Assembly (NCBI RefSeq): GCF_015594925.2
Contig: NZ_CP087590.1
Coordinates: 3,132,270-3,156,269, forward strand
Direction: 5' to 3'
Origin: Vibrio sp. VB16
GTDB taxonomy: Bacteria > Pseudomonadota > Gammaproteobacteria > Enterobacterales > Vibrionaceae
Length of the DNA: 24,000 nucleotides
In this document: positions 1 through 8,875 of the stretch, piece after piece
Numbering within the stretch: the first letter of the stretch is position 1
How the letters are laid out: each line of letters starts with the position of its first letter
Notes under the pieces: generated by a model
Seen by the model: the letters and a program-made list of their open reading frames with translations, nothing else
Databases searched by the model: none
Told to the model about the DNA's origin: nothing
Made by a program: the position numbers and the translations under genes

Positions 1-278
1 TGGTTAAACAACGTCGTGATTCTGTATCGCAATTTGAAGCAGCAGGTCGTCAAGACTTAGCTGATGCTGAGAAAGCAGAAATTATTGTACTTGGGGATTT
101 CATGCCTCAACCGTTGTCAGAAGAAGAAGTATCAGCACTTGTTGAAAGTGCTATTGCCGAATCTGGTGCTGCGGGCATGCAAGACATGGGTAAAGTAATG
201 GGTGTACTTAAGCCGCAAATTCAAGGCCGAGCAGACATGGGTAAAGTAAGCGGTTTAGTTCGTTCTAAATTGGCTTAA
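1..278 (+). CDS. GatB/YqeY-domain protein, C-terminal fragment (5' end lies outside the window)
   Basis: The frame starting at nt 3 is open to TAA at 276-278. It translates to VKQRRDSVSQFEAAGRQDLADAEKAEIIVLGDFMPQPLSEEEV...MGKVMGVLKPQIQGRADMGKVSGLVRSKLA, which is typical of YqeY/GatB_Yqey proteins. Its position just upstream of dnaG matches the rpsU-(yqeY)-dnaG-rpoD arrangement. Confidence 0.75.
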   Translation, partial: VKQRRDSVSQFEAAGRQDLADAEKAEIIVLGDFMPQPLSEEEVSALVESAIAESGAAGMQDMGKVMGVLKPQIQGRADMGKVSGLVRSKLA

Positions 279-293
279 ATCCCAAATCAATTT

Positions 294-336
294 AACAAGC
301 CGTGTTATTCTTTTAGAATGCACGGCTTGTTTGTAT
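294..336 (+). terminator. Rho-independent terminator/attenuator between the yqeY-like gene and dnaG
   Basis: A perfect 11-bp stem pairs aacaagccgtg (294-304) with cacggcttgtt (321-331). A T-rich tail (ttgtttgt) follows. This is analogous to the attenuating terminator upstream of dnaG in the E. coli operon. Confidence 0.6.
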
Positions 337-376
337 CTGCACGTCATTGTAATAAATTTATAAACAGTAAGGTTTT

Positions 377-2125
377 ATGGCAGGACATATCCCACGACAC
401 TTTATAGATGATCTACTTGCTAGAGTGGATATCGTTGATATTGTCGATTCCCGCGTAAAACTTAAGAAAAAAGGCAAAAACTACGGTGCTTGCTGCCCTT
501 TTCACAATGAAAAAACCCCCTCTTTCTCTGTAAGCCAAGAAAAACAGTTCTATCACTGCTTCGGTTGTGGTGTACATGGAAATTCCATCGACTTTGTCAT
601 GGAGTTTGACCGGTTAGACTTTGTTGAAGCAATAGATGAAATTGCCTCCGGCTTAGGCTTAGAAGTGCCAAGAGAACAGAGAAGTGGCGAACAATTTAGC
701 AATACTCCTCGTGCCAATTCGCAAGAAAAGCGTGACCTCTACGATTTAATGGGGAGCATTGCTCAGTTTTATCGCTCACAACTCAAGGTTTCGTCAAACA
801 AGCACGCTATCGATTACCTTAAAGACCGAGGTCTTTCTGGGGAAATCGTACAAAAATTCGGTATTGGTTTTGTAGCCGATGAGTGGGACGCTGTACGCAA
901 AAACTTTGGTCAGCAAAAGTTAACACAAGACATGCTAGTCACTGGTGGCATGCTTATCGAAAACGATAAAGGTAACCGTTATGATCGCTTTCGTGGCCGC
1001 GTTATGTTTCCTATCCACGATAGACGAGGACGCGTTATTGGCTTTGGTGGTCGAGTCATCGGCGACGGAACACCGAAATACCTAAACTCGCCTGAAACGC
1101 CTATTTTTCATAAAGGCAAAGAACTTTACGGCCTTTATGAAGTACTGCAAGCCTACAGAGAGCCAACACAAATTCTGGTTGTAGAAGGCTATATGGACGT
1201 TGTCGCGTTAGCACAATATGGTGTTGACTACTCGGTGGCATCACTGGGAACATCAACAACAGGCGATCATCTACAATTACTGTTCAGACAAACCAACACG
1301 GTCGTCTGCTGTTATGACGGAGACCGAGCAGGTAAAGAGGCCGCATGGCGCGCACTTGAAAATGCACTCGGATATCTAAAGAGTGGCAACATTCTTAAGT
1401 TCTTATTCTTGCCTGATGGGGATGACCCAGACAGCTTTATACGAACACATGGAAAAGAAGCATTCGAAGAAAAAGTGACGAATGCGACACCATTATCTGA
1501 ATATTTATTTAAAAATCTGACCGATCAAGTTCAGGTCGGTAGTGATGAAGGTAAAGCTGCACTTTCTGCGCTTGCGGTACCACTTATCGAAAAAATACCT
1601 GACGAACACCTACAAGCTCAACTATTAAAAATCCTAGGACAAAAGACTGGGATTTTCTTAGAGCACCAGTTCAACACAAAGAAAACTGTAAAAAATGAGA
1701 CAAAAGCACCACAAAAGATAGCAAAAACACCAATGCGCGTAGTTATTGCGCTCTTAGTTCAAAATCCAAGCTATATTGAATATGCGCCGGATTTAACAAG
1801 TGTTCGAGAAATAGCCGTTCCAGGATTAGGTTTATTAATAGAAGTGCTTGATAAATGCCGAACAAATCCCCATATAACCACTGGTCAGCTAATAGAGCAT
1901 TGGCGTAACCATAAAAATGAAATAATGTTATCACGTCTAGCCAGTTGGGATATCCCACTGGGAAAAGATGAAGATAATGAACATGATGTATTCATGGATT
2001 CACTGGATAAAATTTTAGTCCAGTGCATCGACAAACAGATCGAAGTTTTACAGGCTAGAGCAAGAAGTGTCGGCTTATCAGCCGAAGAAAAAAGGGAGCT
2101 TCAAGATTTGATCTTAGGAGCGTAA
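377..2125 (+). CDS. dnaG: DNA primase DnaG
   Basis: 582-aa ORF. The N-terminus MAGHIPRHFIDDLLARVDIVD and the zinc-ribbon CCPFHNEKTPSFSVSQEKQFYHCFGCGVHG are classic DnaG features. A TOPRIM region (VVEGYMDVVAL ... CYDGDRAGKEAA) is present. The gene sits immediately upstream of rpoD. Confidence 0.97.
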   Translation: MAGHIPRHFIDDLLARVDIVDIVDSRVKLKKKGKNYGACCPFHNEKTPSFSVSQEKQFYHCFGCGVHGNSIDFVMEFDRLDFVEAIDEIASGLGLEVPREQRSGEQFSNTPRANSQEKRDLYDLMGSIAQFYRSQLKVSSNKHAIDYLKDRGLSGEIVQKFGIGFVADEWDAVRKNFGQQKLTQDMLVTGGMLIENDKGNRYDRFRGRVMFPIHDRRGRVIGFGGRVIGDGTPKYLNSPETPIFHKGKELYGLYEVLQAYREPTQILVVEGYMDVVALAQYGVDYSVASLGTSTTGDHLQLLFRQTNTVVCCYDGDRAGKEAAWRALENALGYLKSGNILKFLFLPDGDDPDSFIRTHGKEAFEEKVTNATPLSEYLFKNLTDQVQVGSDEGKAALSALAVPLIEKIPDEHLQAQLLKILGQKTGIFLEHQFNTKKTVKNETKAPQKIAKTPMRVVIALLVQNPSYIEYAPDLTSVREIAVPGLGLLIEVLDKCRTNPHITTGQLIEHWRNHKNEIMLSRLASWDIPLGKDEDNEHDVFMDSLDKILVQCIDKQIEVLQARARSVGLSAEEKRELQDLILGA

Positions 2126-2132
2126 CCCAGAG

Positions 2133-2161
2133 TAGCCAGTAAAGATTATATTTGCTATAAT
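2133..2161 (+). promoter_or_regulatory. Candidate sigma-70 promoter for rpoD in the dnaG-rpoD spacer (extended -10)
   Basis: TAGCCA (2133-2138), a 17-nt spacer, then TGcTATAAT with TG at 2153-2154 and TATAAT at 2156-2161. It lies about 60 nt upstream of the rpoD ATG at 2221. This is a motif match only. Confidence 0.35.
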
Positions 2162-2220
2162 TGGCGGTTTGCATTTCGCATACTTTCACCATCACACAGA
2201 CCTCAAGTTGGATATCGTCT

Positions 2221-4074
2221 ATGGATCAAAATCCGCAGTCACAGCTAAAGTTACTTGTCATTAAGGGTAAGGAACAAGGCTATCTGACGTACGCCGAAGT
2301 AAATGATCACCTACCTGCCGAAATCGTAGATTCTGAACAGGTAGAAGATATCATTCAAATGATCAACGACATGGGTATTAAAGTCGTTGAAACTGCACCT
2401 GACGCAGATGAAATGTCCATCAATGAAGATAATAACGTCACTGATGAAGACGCTGCTGAAGCTGCCGCTGCTGCACTCTCGAGTGTAGAAAGCGAAATTG
2501 GCCGCACTACCGACCCAGTTCGTATGTACATGCGCGAAATGGGCACAGTAGAGCTGTTAACTCGTGAAGGCGAAATTGACATTGCTAAGCGTATTGAAGA
2601 TGGTATTAACCAAGTTCAATGCTCTGTAGCAGAGTTTCCAGGTACTATCTCTTATGTCCTTGAGCAATTTGATAAAGTTCAGGCTGAAGAGTTACGCCTA
2701 ACTGACATCATTTCTGGTTTTGTAGACCCGAATGATGATGGTTCTGCTGCTCCTACTGCGACTCACATCGGCTCTGAACTTACTGGATCTAACTTAGCAG
2801 ATTCAGACAAAGAAAAAGACGATAAAAGCGACGATGATGAGGACGAGGAAGAAGAAGACACGGGTATTGACCCTGAACTTGCTTTAGAAAAATTCACTGG
2901 TCTTCGAAATACTTATCAAGATATGCAACTCGCCATCAATGAGCATGGCCGCGATAGCAAAATAACAGCTAAAGCAAAAGAAGCGCTACTTGAAGTATTT
3001 AGAGAGTTCCGTCTGATCCCAAAACAGTTTGATTACCTAGTCAATGAGCTGCGTACTTCAATGGATCGTGTTCGTACACAAGAGCGTTTAATTATTCGCC
3101 AATGTGTTGAATACGGCAAAATGCCTAAGAAGACATTTGTTCAAGCATTTACGGGTAACGAGTCTTCTGACGCATGGCTAGATAAAGTACTTGCTTCAGA
3201 AAAACCTTATGCGGAAAAGATAAAGCGCAATGAAGAAGACATTCGTCGTAGCATTTATAAACTACGAATTATCGAAAAACAAACTTCACTGCCCGTTCAA
3301 GTTATAAAAGATATCAGCCGTCGTATGTCAATTGGTGAAGCGAAAGCACGCCGAGCGAAGAAAGAGATGGTTGAAGCGAACTTACGTTTGGTTATTTCTA
3401 TCGCGAAGAAATACACCAACCGTGGCCTACAATTCTTGGATCTAATCCAAGAAGGTAACATTGGCCTAATGAAAGCGGTAGATAAGTTCGAATATCGCCG
3501 TGGTTATAAGTTCTCTACTTACGCAACATGGTGGATTCGTCAGGCAATTACACGTTCTATTGCTGACCAAGCTCGTACCATCCGTATTCCGGTTCACATG
3601 ATCGAAACGATCAATAAACTGAATCGCATCTCTCGCCAAATGTTGCAAGAGATGGGCCGTGAGCCGCTTCCGGAAGAGCTAGCAGAACGCATGCAAATGC
3701 CAGAAGACAAGATCCGCAAAGTACTGAAAATCGCTAAAGAGCCAATCTCTATGGAGACACCAATCGGTGACGACGAAGATTCGCACTTAGGTGACTTTAT
3801 CGAGGATACCACATTAGAACTTCCGCTAGATTCTGCTACTTCTGGTAGCTTGAAGGTAGCAACGAAAGATGTTCTAGCTGGCCTAACGCCTCGTGAAGCA
3901 AAAGTACTACGTATGCGTTTTGGTATCGACATGAACACTGACCATACTCTAGAAGAGGTTGGAAAGCAGTTCGATGTTACGCGTGAGCGTATTCGTCAGA
4001 TCGAAGCGAAAGCGTTACGTAAACTTCGTCACCCTAGCCGATCAGAAACTCTGCGTAGTTTCTTAGACGAGTAA
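2221..4074 (+). CDS. rpoD: RNA polymerase primary sigma factor RpoD (sigma-70)
   Basis: From ATG 2221 the protein starts [13 protein letters not shown], against E. coli [13 protein letters not shown]. It has an acidic non-conserved region, region 2 ([48 protein letters not shown]) and region 4 ([30 protein letters not shown]). The ORF-track start at 2161 is a TTG-initiated upstream extension and is unlikely to be real. Confidence 0.97.
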   Translation: MDQNPQSQLKLLVIKGKEQGYLTYAEVNDHLPAEIVDSEQVEDIIQMINDMGIKVVETAPDADEMSINEDNNVTDEDAAEAAAAALSSVESEIGRTTDPVRMYMREMGTVELLTREGEIDIAKRIEDGINQVQCSVAEFPGTISYVLEQFDKVQAEELRLTDIISGFVDPNDDGSAAPTATHIGSELTGSNLADSDKEKDDKSDDDEDEEEEDTGIDPELALEKFTGLRNTYQDMQLAINEHGRDSKITAKAKEALLEVFREFRLIPKQFDYLVNELRTSMDRVRTQERLIIRQCVEYGKMPKKTFVQAFTGNESSDAWLDKVLASEKPYAEKIKRNEEDIRRSIYKLRIIEKQTSLPVQVIKDISRRMSIGEAKARRAKKEMVEANLRLVISIAKKYTNRGLQFLDLIQEGNIGLMKAVDKFEYRRGYKFSTYATWWIRQAITRSIADQARTIRIPVHMIETINKLNRISRQMLQEMGREPLPEELAERMQMPEDKIRKVLKIAKEPISMETPIGDDEDSHLGDFIEDTTLELPLDSATSGSLKVATKDVLAGLTPREAKVLRMRFGIDMNTDHTLEEVGKQFDVTRERIRQIEAKALRKLRHPSRSETLRSFLDE

Positions 4075-4095
4075 AATGACAGAAACTGATGAAAA

Positions 4096-4119
4096 GGTGA
4101 GCAGTTGCTCATCTTTTTT
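4096..4119 (+). terminator. Rho-independent terminator after rpoD
   Basis: A short hairpin ggtgag-cagttg-ctcatc is followed by tttttt, about 20 nt after the rpoD stop codon. Confidence 0.5.
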
Positions 4120-4173
4120 ATCGATTTCGGTCTAAGTGGATAAAAACTAAGCGCAAATGCCCTATAAAGCATC

Positions 4174-4202
4174 TAGACAGCATTGGTTACATCCCCTATA
4201 AT
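4174..4202 (+). promoter_or_regulatory. Candidate sigma-70 promoter of the tRNA gene
   Basis: TAGACA (4174-4179), exactly 17 nt of spacer, then TATAAT (4197-4202). The -10 element ends 14 nt before the first tRNA base. Confidence 0.5.
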
Positions 4203-4216
4203 CGTCAACCTAATTC

Positions 4217-4292
4217 GGCCCCTTAGCTCAGTGGTTAGAGCGCTCGACTCATAATCGATCGGTCCGCAGTTCAAGTCTGCGAGGGGCCACCA
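4217..4292 (+). tRNA. ileX: tRNA with CAU anticodon, most likely tRNA-Ile2 (lysidine-modified, ileX-type) rather than elongator tRNA-Met
   Basis: The 76-nt cloverleaf has acceptor GGCCCCT/AGGGGCC, D-arm GCTC-AGTGGTTA-GAGC, anticodon loop CTCATAA, T-arm CGCAG-TTCAAGT-CTGCG and an encoded CCA. The acceptor stem, D-arm and anticodon loop are near-identical to E. coli ileX as I recall it. E. coli ileX also lies downstream of rpoD. Confidence 0.9.
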
Positions 4293-4299
4293 AATTTTG

Positions 4300-4336
4300 A
4301 AGGTTAGTAAGCATAGTGCTCACTAACCTTTTTTTA
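4300..4336 (+). terminator. Rho-independent terminator after the tRNA
   Basis: A long stem pairs aaggttagt (4300-4308) with actaacctt (4322-4330), with additional inner pairs. A run of seven T residues follows. Confidence 0.8.
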
Positions 4337-4720
4337 TGCCTGTAGCTTTTCAGTCAAGTAGTTACACCAATCCGGAAAATTAACTGTACAGGTCAATCCA
4401 ACTTCTAAAGTCCATTTTTTGTAACTTTCTTTGAGTTTTCTAAAAAACAATGCGACTTCACTTAGTAATTAAGGCACGACAGAATCGCTTGGTAATCACA
4501 CAGGCATAAGCTTCTGACTAGGAAATATATCGCTGTCCAGCGTGAAAAAGTTCAAGACATTAGTGCCTCACCAAACCCTTGTTACCCGCGAGTAATATAG
4601 TAAAATCATTTACGACTTTTACCTTTGAATACCCATAGAAATGATTAAATATTTTCAAACCTCCACAGGTAAAACATATTCGATATATCACCACAAACAA
4701 GAATGGTTATCTTTGTTCCC

Positions 4721-5632
4721 TTAACTCTCAATTGTTACTTTTATTCTTTCAACTAAGAAGTCTACTGCCGCCTTTACTTTGGGTACCAAATAACGCTGTT
4801 TTTGATACAACAGGTAAACAGCCATGTCAGAATTTTGATTGATAGCTAACTCATGTTCAAATTTAAGCTCTTGCAATTTACCCGATTTAAGATATGGAGC
4901 TAATGCCCATCGTGTAGACATTAAAATGCCCTCACCGTTACAAGCTTTTTTCGCCAACCACGGCCCGTTATTTGAAATTGCGACTGCCGGCCCCGAAACA
5001 TCATGCCATTGACCATTCATATTACATAGCCAAGGCGTTGGCCCTGATGGAGCTTTAAAGTAAAGGCCATTATGACCCTTTAATTCCATCGCATTATTAG
5101 GTACTCCATGCATCTCTAAATAACTTGGTGAAGCGACAGGAATAAAACCATTATCCATGAGCCTTATCGCTAACACTCGTTCATTTGGAGCGTAACCACC
5201 ACGAATAGCAATATCTACGTCGTCACGCCCAAGTATCGATAGTTCGTCACTTAAACTGACATCTAATACAATTTCAGGGTATAGCTCACCAAACTCATCT
5301 AACAAAGGAAGCAATATCTTGTCACCAAAGCCCACCATTGAACTGATACGTAAACGCCCCATCGGTGTTGTTTGATAACTACGAACCGTTTCATTACTTT
5401 GTTCTAGTTGATTTAATATTTGTTGGACATCGTTATAATATATTTGCCCTACCTCTGTCAGTTTCACGATTCGAGTAGAACGCTTTAACAGTGTCGCCCC
5501 CAGACTCTTTTCTAGATCAGCAACGCGTCTCGACAACGATGATGGTGGCACGTTGAAAACACTGGCAGCTTTAGTAAAACTCCCCGTTTCGACAACTTTG
5601 CTGAAATACCGTATTGCTCGTAGCTGATCCAA
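4721..5632 (-). CDS. LysR-family transcriptional regulator
   Basis: 303 aa. The N-terminal wHTH MDQLRAIRYFSKVVETGSFTKAASVFNVPPSSLSRRVADLEKSLGATLLKRSTR is a LysR signature, and the C-terminal substrate-binding domain has typical length. The start is TTG at 5632, preceded by GGAG. An in-frame TAA four codons upstream rules out a longer ORF. The gene is divergent from the GST gene. Confidence 0.9.
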   Translation of the reverse strand: MDQLRAIRYFSKVVETGSFTKAASVFNVPPSSLSRRVADLEKSLGATLLKRSTRIVKLTEVGQIYYNDVQQILNQLEQSNETVRSYQTTPMGRLRISSMVGFGDKILLPLLDEFGELYPEIVLDVSLSDELSILGRDDVDIAIRGGYAPNERVLAIRLMDNGFIPVASPSYLEMHGVPNNAMELKGHNGLYFKAPSGPTPWLCNMNGQWHDVSGPAVAISNNGPWLAKKACNGEGILMSTRWALAPYLKSGKLQELKFEHELAINQNSDMAVYLLYQKQRYLVPKVKAAVDFLVERIKVTIES

Positions 5633-5684
5633 CTGGCTTCTCCATTAAATGAATATCTGAGTATTTAAATATTACTGACCAATT

Positions 5685-5701
5685 ATTGTCTTTAAAGCAA
5701 T
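5685..5701. promoter_or_regulatory. Candidate LysR-type operator (dyad ATTG-N9-CAAT containing T-N11-A)
   Basis: The sequence attgtctttaaagcaat lies in the 232-bp divergent LysR/GST intergenic region. Its dyad arms are only 4 bp long, so chance occurrence in AT-rich DNA is plausible. Confidence 0.2.
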
Positions 5702-5864
5702 AGTGATTGGTATTTTTCCCCATATATAACCAAATTTAAACAAGTAATAATATATTAAACTGAAACATTGCAACCTTGAACTTGTTGCAACGTGTAAAGG
5801 CAAGGCGTTGATTAAGCTTTGTTGGCAAACAAGCCACCTTCACGTTTATGATGGAAACTGATTT

Positions 5865-6542
5865 ATGATGACTTTGCACGGTTTTGCCGCTAGCAACTAT
5901 TACAACCTAGTGAAACATGTACTCCTATACAAAGAACAGCCGTTTGAAGAAAACCTTATTTACGGTGGTAGTGATGAGTTACTGGCAATCAGCCCTGCTG
6001 GCAAAGTACCTGTGGTCACTACGTCAGAAGGCCTTCATATTTCAGAGTCCAGTGTGATTTGTGACTTCATTGAAGAGACGTACCCTATCACCCCGCTCTA
6101 CCCAGTAAATGCCACAGAACGTGCGGTTGTGCGTCAAATAATGAAAATAGCAGAGCTTTATTTTGAACTGCCAAGCAGACGACTAATACCTTATGCATTG
6201 TCAGGCACCGCAGCGCCTGACGCAGTTAAGGTTGAAGTTCGCCAAATATTAAACCGTGGAATTACGGCTTTAAATCGCTTGTGTCAGTTTTCACCTTGGA
6301 TAGCAGGTGAACAATTCACCATGGCTGACATCTACGTTTATTACGTAAATACAATAGTGAGCACCTTTGGCTCTAACCAACTTGATTGGGACATACTTGC
6401 TGAGGTTCCTGGAATGAAAGAGTGGAACGACTCAATGAGCCAGTCCACCATTGCCCAAAACGTAGAGGCAGATCGTCTAGCAAACATGTCCGAGTTTCTT
6501 CAAAAAGTAAAAGCTCAGTTTCAAGCAGCAAATACTGAATAA
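5865..6542 (+). CDS. Glutathione S-transferase family protein
   Basis: 225 aa. The N-terminal thioredoxin-like GST fold is readable (LHGFAASNYYNLVKHVLLYKEQPFEE ... SPAGKVPVV ... ISESSVICDFIEETYP), followed by a helical C-terminal domain. Tandem ATGs at 5865 and 5868 leave the start ambiguous by one codon. Confidence 0.8.
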   Translation: MMTLHGFAASNYYNLVKHVLLYKEQPFEENLIYGGSDELLAISPAGKVPVVTTSEGLHISESSVICDFIEETYPITPLYPVNATERAVVRQIMKIAELYFELPSRRLIPYALSGTAAPDAVKVEVRQILNRGITALNRLCQFSPWIAGEQFTMADIYVYYVNTIVSTFGSNQLDWDILAEVPGMKEWNDSMSQSTIAQNVEADRLANMSEFLQKVKAQFQAANTE

Positions 6543-6662
6543 CACTTAGCGATAAAAACAACCAATACTAAAACACTTACTTAGAGTCACTACAAACATA
6601 GCATGACCAATACAATAACGTTATAGGTTCAACTAATTAAGTTTTTGCAGGAGCAAAACAGC

Positions 6663-7790
6663 ATGAAAGATACTAACATTCAACTTATCTCTACAATCAC
6701 CGAAGACAATAAACTCACCATTGCGTTACAAAACATAGACATGCCACAACCTAGTGCCGATGAAGTTGTTATTCGTATTGAAGCGGCACCACTAAACCCG
6801 TCTGATTTAGGTGTTATGTTCACCGCTGCAGATATGACAACAGCAACTCAATCAGGCACCCAGAAAAACCCTATTATTACTGCAAATTTTCCAGCTCAGT
6901 TTATGTCATCGTTTAAATCTCGTGTGGGTAAAGCAACCCCTGTTGGCAATGAAGGTGCCGGAACCGTTGTAGCCGCGGGCTCATCATCTGCAGCACAAGC
7001 CCTAATGGGAAAAACCGTTGCAGTGATTGGTGGTGGTACATATCGTCAGTATATATGTGCCAATGTACAAAGCTGTTTAGAATTAAAAGAAGGTACTACA
7101 GCTAAAGAGGGCGCATCTTCTTTTGTTAACCCGCTGACAGCATTAGCGATGGTCGAAACCATGCGAGCTGAAGGTCATAAAGCCATCATTCATGCAGCGG
7201 CAGCGTCTAACCTTGGTCAAATGTTAAACCGCATCTGTATTGCCGATGGCATCGATTTAATTAACATTGTACGTAAAGCAGAACAAGAAACTCTGTTACG
7301 TGATGTAGGCGCAAAATATGTTGTTAACTCGAGTAGTGATACTTTCCTTGCAGATTTAACTGCAGCTATTATTGAAACGAGAGCAACGATTGCCTTTGAC
7401 CCAATTGGTGGTGGCCAATTAACAAGTGATATTCTTAACTGTATGGAAGTTGCTGCGGCTCGTGATATGAAGGAACACAGCATATATGGCTCTGACACAT
7501 TCAAACAAGTTTATATTTATGGCGCATTAGATCGCGGGCCTATTACACTAAATCGTAACTTCGGTTTTGCTTGGGGTGTAAACGGGTTCCTGTTATTCAA
7601 TGCACTAGGTAAACTAGGGACTAAAACGGTGATTGATATGCGTCAACGCGTTGCAGAAGAAATCAACACAACTTTTGCTAGCCACTACACTCATGAAGTT
7701 TCATTGGCAGAGGTCTTACAATTACCATCGATAGCCGCTTATTCTAAACAAGCTACAGGTGAGAAGTACTTAATTACACCTCAACAATAA
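6663..7790 (+). CDS. MDR-superfamily NAD(P)H-dependent oxidoreductase (quinone/enoyl reductase-like)
   Basis: Motifs ADEVVIRIEAAPLNPSDL, PVGNEGAGTVVAAGSS and the nucleotide-binding region HAAAASNLGQML are typical of zinc-independent MDR/QOR-like reductases. I prefer ATG 6663 because AGGAG at 6649-6653 sits 9 nt upstream. The ORF-track start at 6645 is a TTG with no RBS. Confidence 0.8.
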   Translation: MKDTNIQLISTITEDNKLTIALQNIDMPQPSADEVVIRIEAAPLNPSDLGVMFTAADMTTATQSGTQKNPIITANFPAQFMSSFKSRVGKATPVGNEGAGTVVAAGSSSAAQALMGKTVAVIGGGTYRQYICANVQSCLELKEGTTAKEGASSFVNPLTALAMVETMRAEGHKAIIHAAAASNLGQMLNRICIADGIDLINIVRKAEQETLLRDVGAKYVVNSSSDTFLADLTAAIIETRATIAFDPIGGGQLTSDILNCMEVAAARDMKEHSIYGSDTFKQVYIYGALDRGPITLNRNFGFAWGVNGFLLFNALGKLGTKTVIDMRQRVAEEINTTFASHYTHEVSLAEVLQLPSIAAYSKQATGEKYLITPQQ

Positions 7791-7821
7791 TGACGTATTA
7801 ACTGAGCGAATAAAAGTAGAG

Positions 7822-7858
7822 AACGATTATAGATCTCTACTTTTATTTGGTATACCAG
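7822..7858 (+). terminator. Rho-independent terminator after the MDR reductase gene
   Basis: A perfect 11-bp stem pairs aaaagtagaga (7822-7832) with tctctactttt (7844-7854). The T-run continues as ttttattt. Confidence 0.75.
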
Positions 7859-8147
7859 AGCGTTGGCTTTGAATTCAGGAGAATCGAGAATACTTTTCTT
7901 TATTGTTTGTCATGGTTTAACTCACTTAACGCAGTGTCCAAAACTACTGATTTAGACCAAAAAAGAAATAAGCCTATGATTAAAATCAATATTCCAATAC
8001 TTCCTTTTAAGTCTAAAAATTGAAACTCACGATAACTTTATTTAACGACATAAACATTGTGCGCGATCAAATTGCGCAAAACTCAAAATTGCTAAAATCA
8101 TGGTTTATATGACAAATATAACTAATTGTTTTTTAAGGAAATGAATA

Positions 8148-8717
8148 ATGAAATTGAGTCGACTTTTATCTACATTGGGCATTATTATCACAGCCAATGC
8201 AGTAGCAGACACGAAAGAGATAAACGGTGACACCTTCAGGTGTATTCAAGAGATGACGCCGGTGAAACATTTTTTTGTAGATAACCTTAATGGTCATATT
8301 GAAGCAACCAAACAAGTGGCGCTTTCAGATACCGGCGGTGTATACCCTGAAGGTTCAGTCGTTCAGTTGGTACCAACCGAGGTAATGATCAAAAGGGAAA
8401 AGGGCTATAGTCCGGCAACAAAAGACTGGGAGTTTATTGAGTTGGATGTATCAAAGCAAGGTTCGACAATCAGAGGAAGGGGATTTGTTGACGTAGTTAA
8501 TCGGTTTGGTGGTAACTGCTTTGCCTGCCACGTTAAGGCTAAACCTCAGTTTGATATGATATGTGAAAAAGATCACGGGTGTGATCCGATTCGTCTAACC
8601 GATACCATGATAACGGCCATTCAGAAGACCGATCCCCGTTGCACGCCAGTAACACTCTCTGAAGAGGAAAAACAGGCGTTAAAAGCGCTTCAGCAAGCAC
8701 TCGCTCCTGCTTCGTAG
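8148..8717 (+). CDS. Secreted mono-haem protein with a CXXCH motif, possibly cytochrome P460-like
   Basis: 189 aa with a Sec signal peptide (MKLSRLLSTLGIIITANAVA/DT) and a single CFACH haem-c motif at nt 8517-8531. The preceding segment YPEGSVVQLVP...KDWEFIELD...GGNCFACH resembles the cytochrome P460 family layout. The RBS AAGGAA sits 7 nt upstream. The family assignment is from memory, not a search. Confidence 0.55.
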   Translation: MKLSRLLSTLGIIITANAVADTKEINGDTFRCIQEMTPVKHFFVDNLNGHIEATKQVALSDTGGVYPEGSVVQLVPTEVMIKREKGYSPATKDWEFIELDVSKQGSTIRGRGFVDVVNRFGGNCFACHVKAKPQFDMICEKDHGCDPIRLTDTMITAIQKTDPRCTPVTLSEEEKQALKALQQALAPAS

Positions 8718-8875
8718 AGACCTTGTAAATGATTAAATTGTACGCATGACTATGATCTACTCTCTATGGCATTGAGCAATCCTAAAGAGATGCTCAGGCA
8801 ATGCAACCAATCCAGAACAGCTATTTGCCACAGGCGACATCGCAATAGACACGTTAACAAAAATAAGGGCAATTT

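Noticed and set aside
2161-2220. N-terminal extensions in the ORF track: rpoD from 2161, the pilin from 17748, the secreted protein from 18795 and the MDR reductase from 6645
   Set aside because: Three of the four begin at TTG (the 18795 start is an ATG). They lack RBSs and precede internal ATG starts that have good RBSs and reproduce conserved N-termini ([19 protein letters not shown], and the signal peptide MKNLTIL).
2806-2862. GA-rich low-complexity stretch encoding [18 protein letters not shown]
   Set aside because: This is the normal acidic non-conserved region between sigma regions 1.2 and 2 of proteobacterial RpoD. It is not a repeat element or an insertion.
4340-4720. Search for a hidden small gene, integrase remnant or att repeat in the 430-nt gap after the tRNA
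   Set aside because: Only very short ORFs (18 aa or fewer) without an RBS were found by eye. There is no similarity to the tRNA 3' end and no obvious repeats. I cannot exclude an sRNA, but nothing in the sequence supports one.
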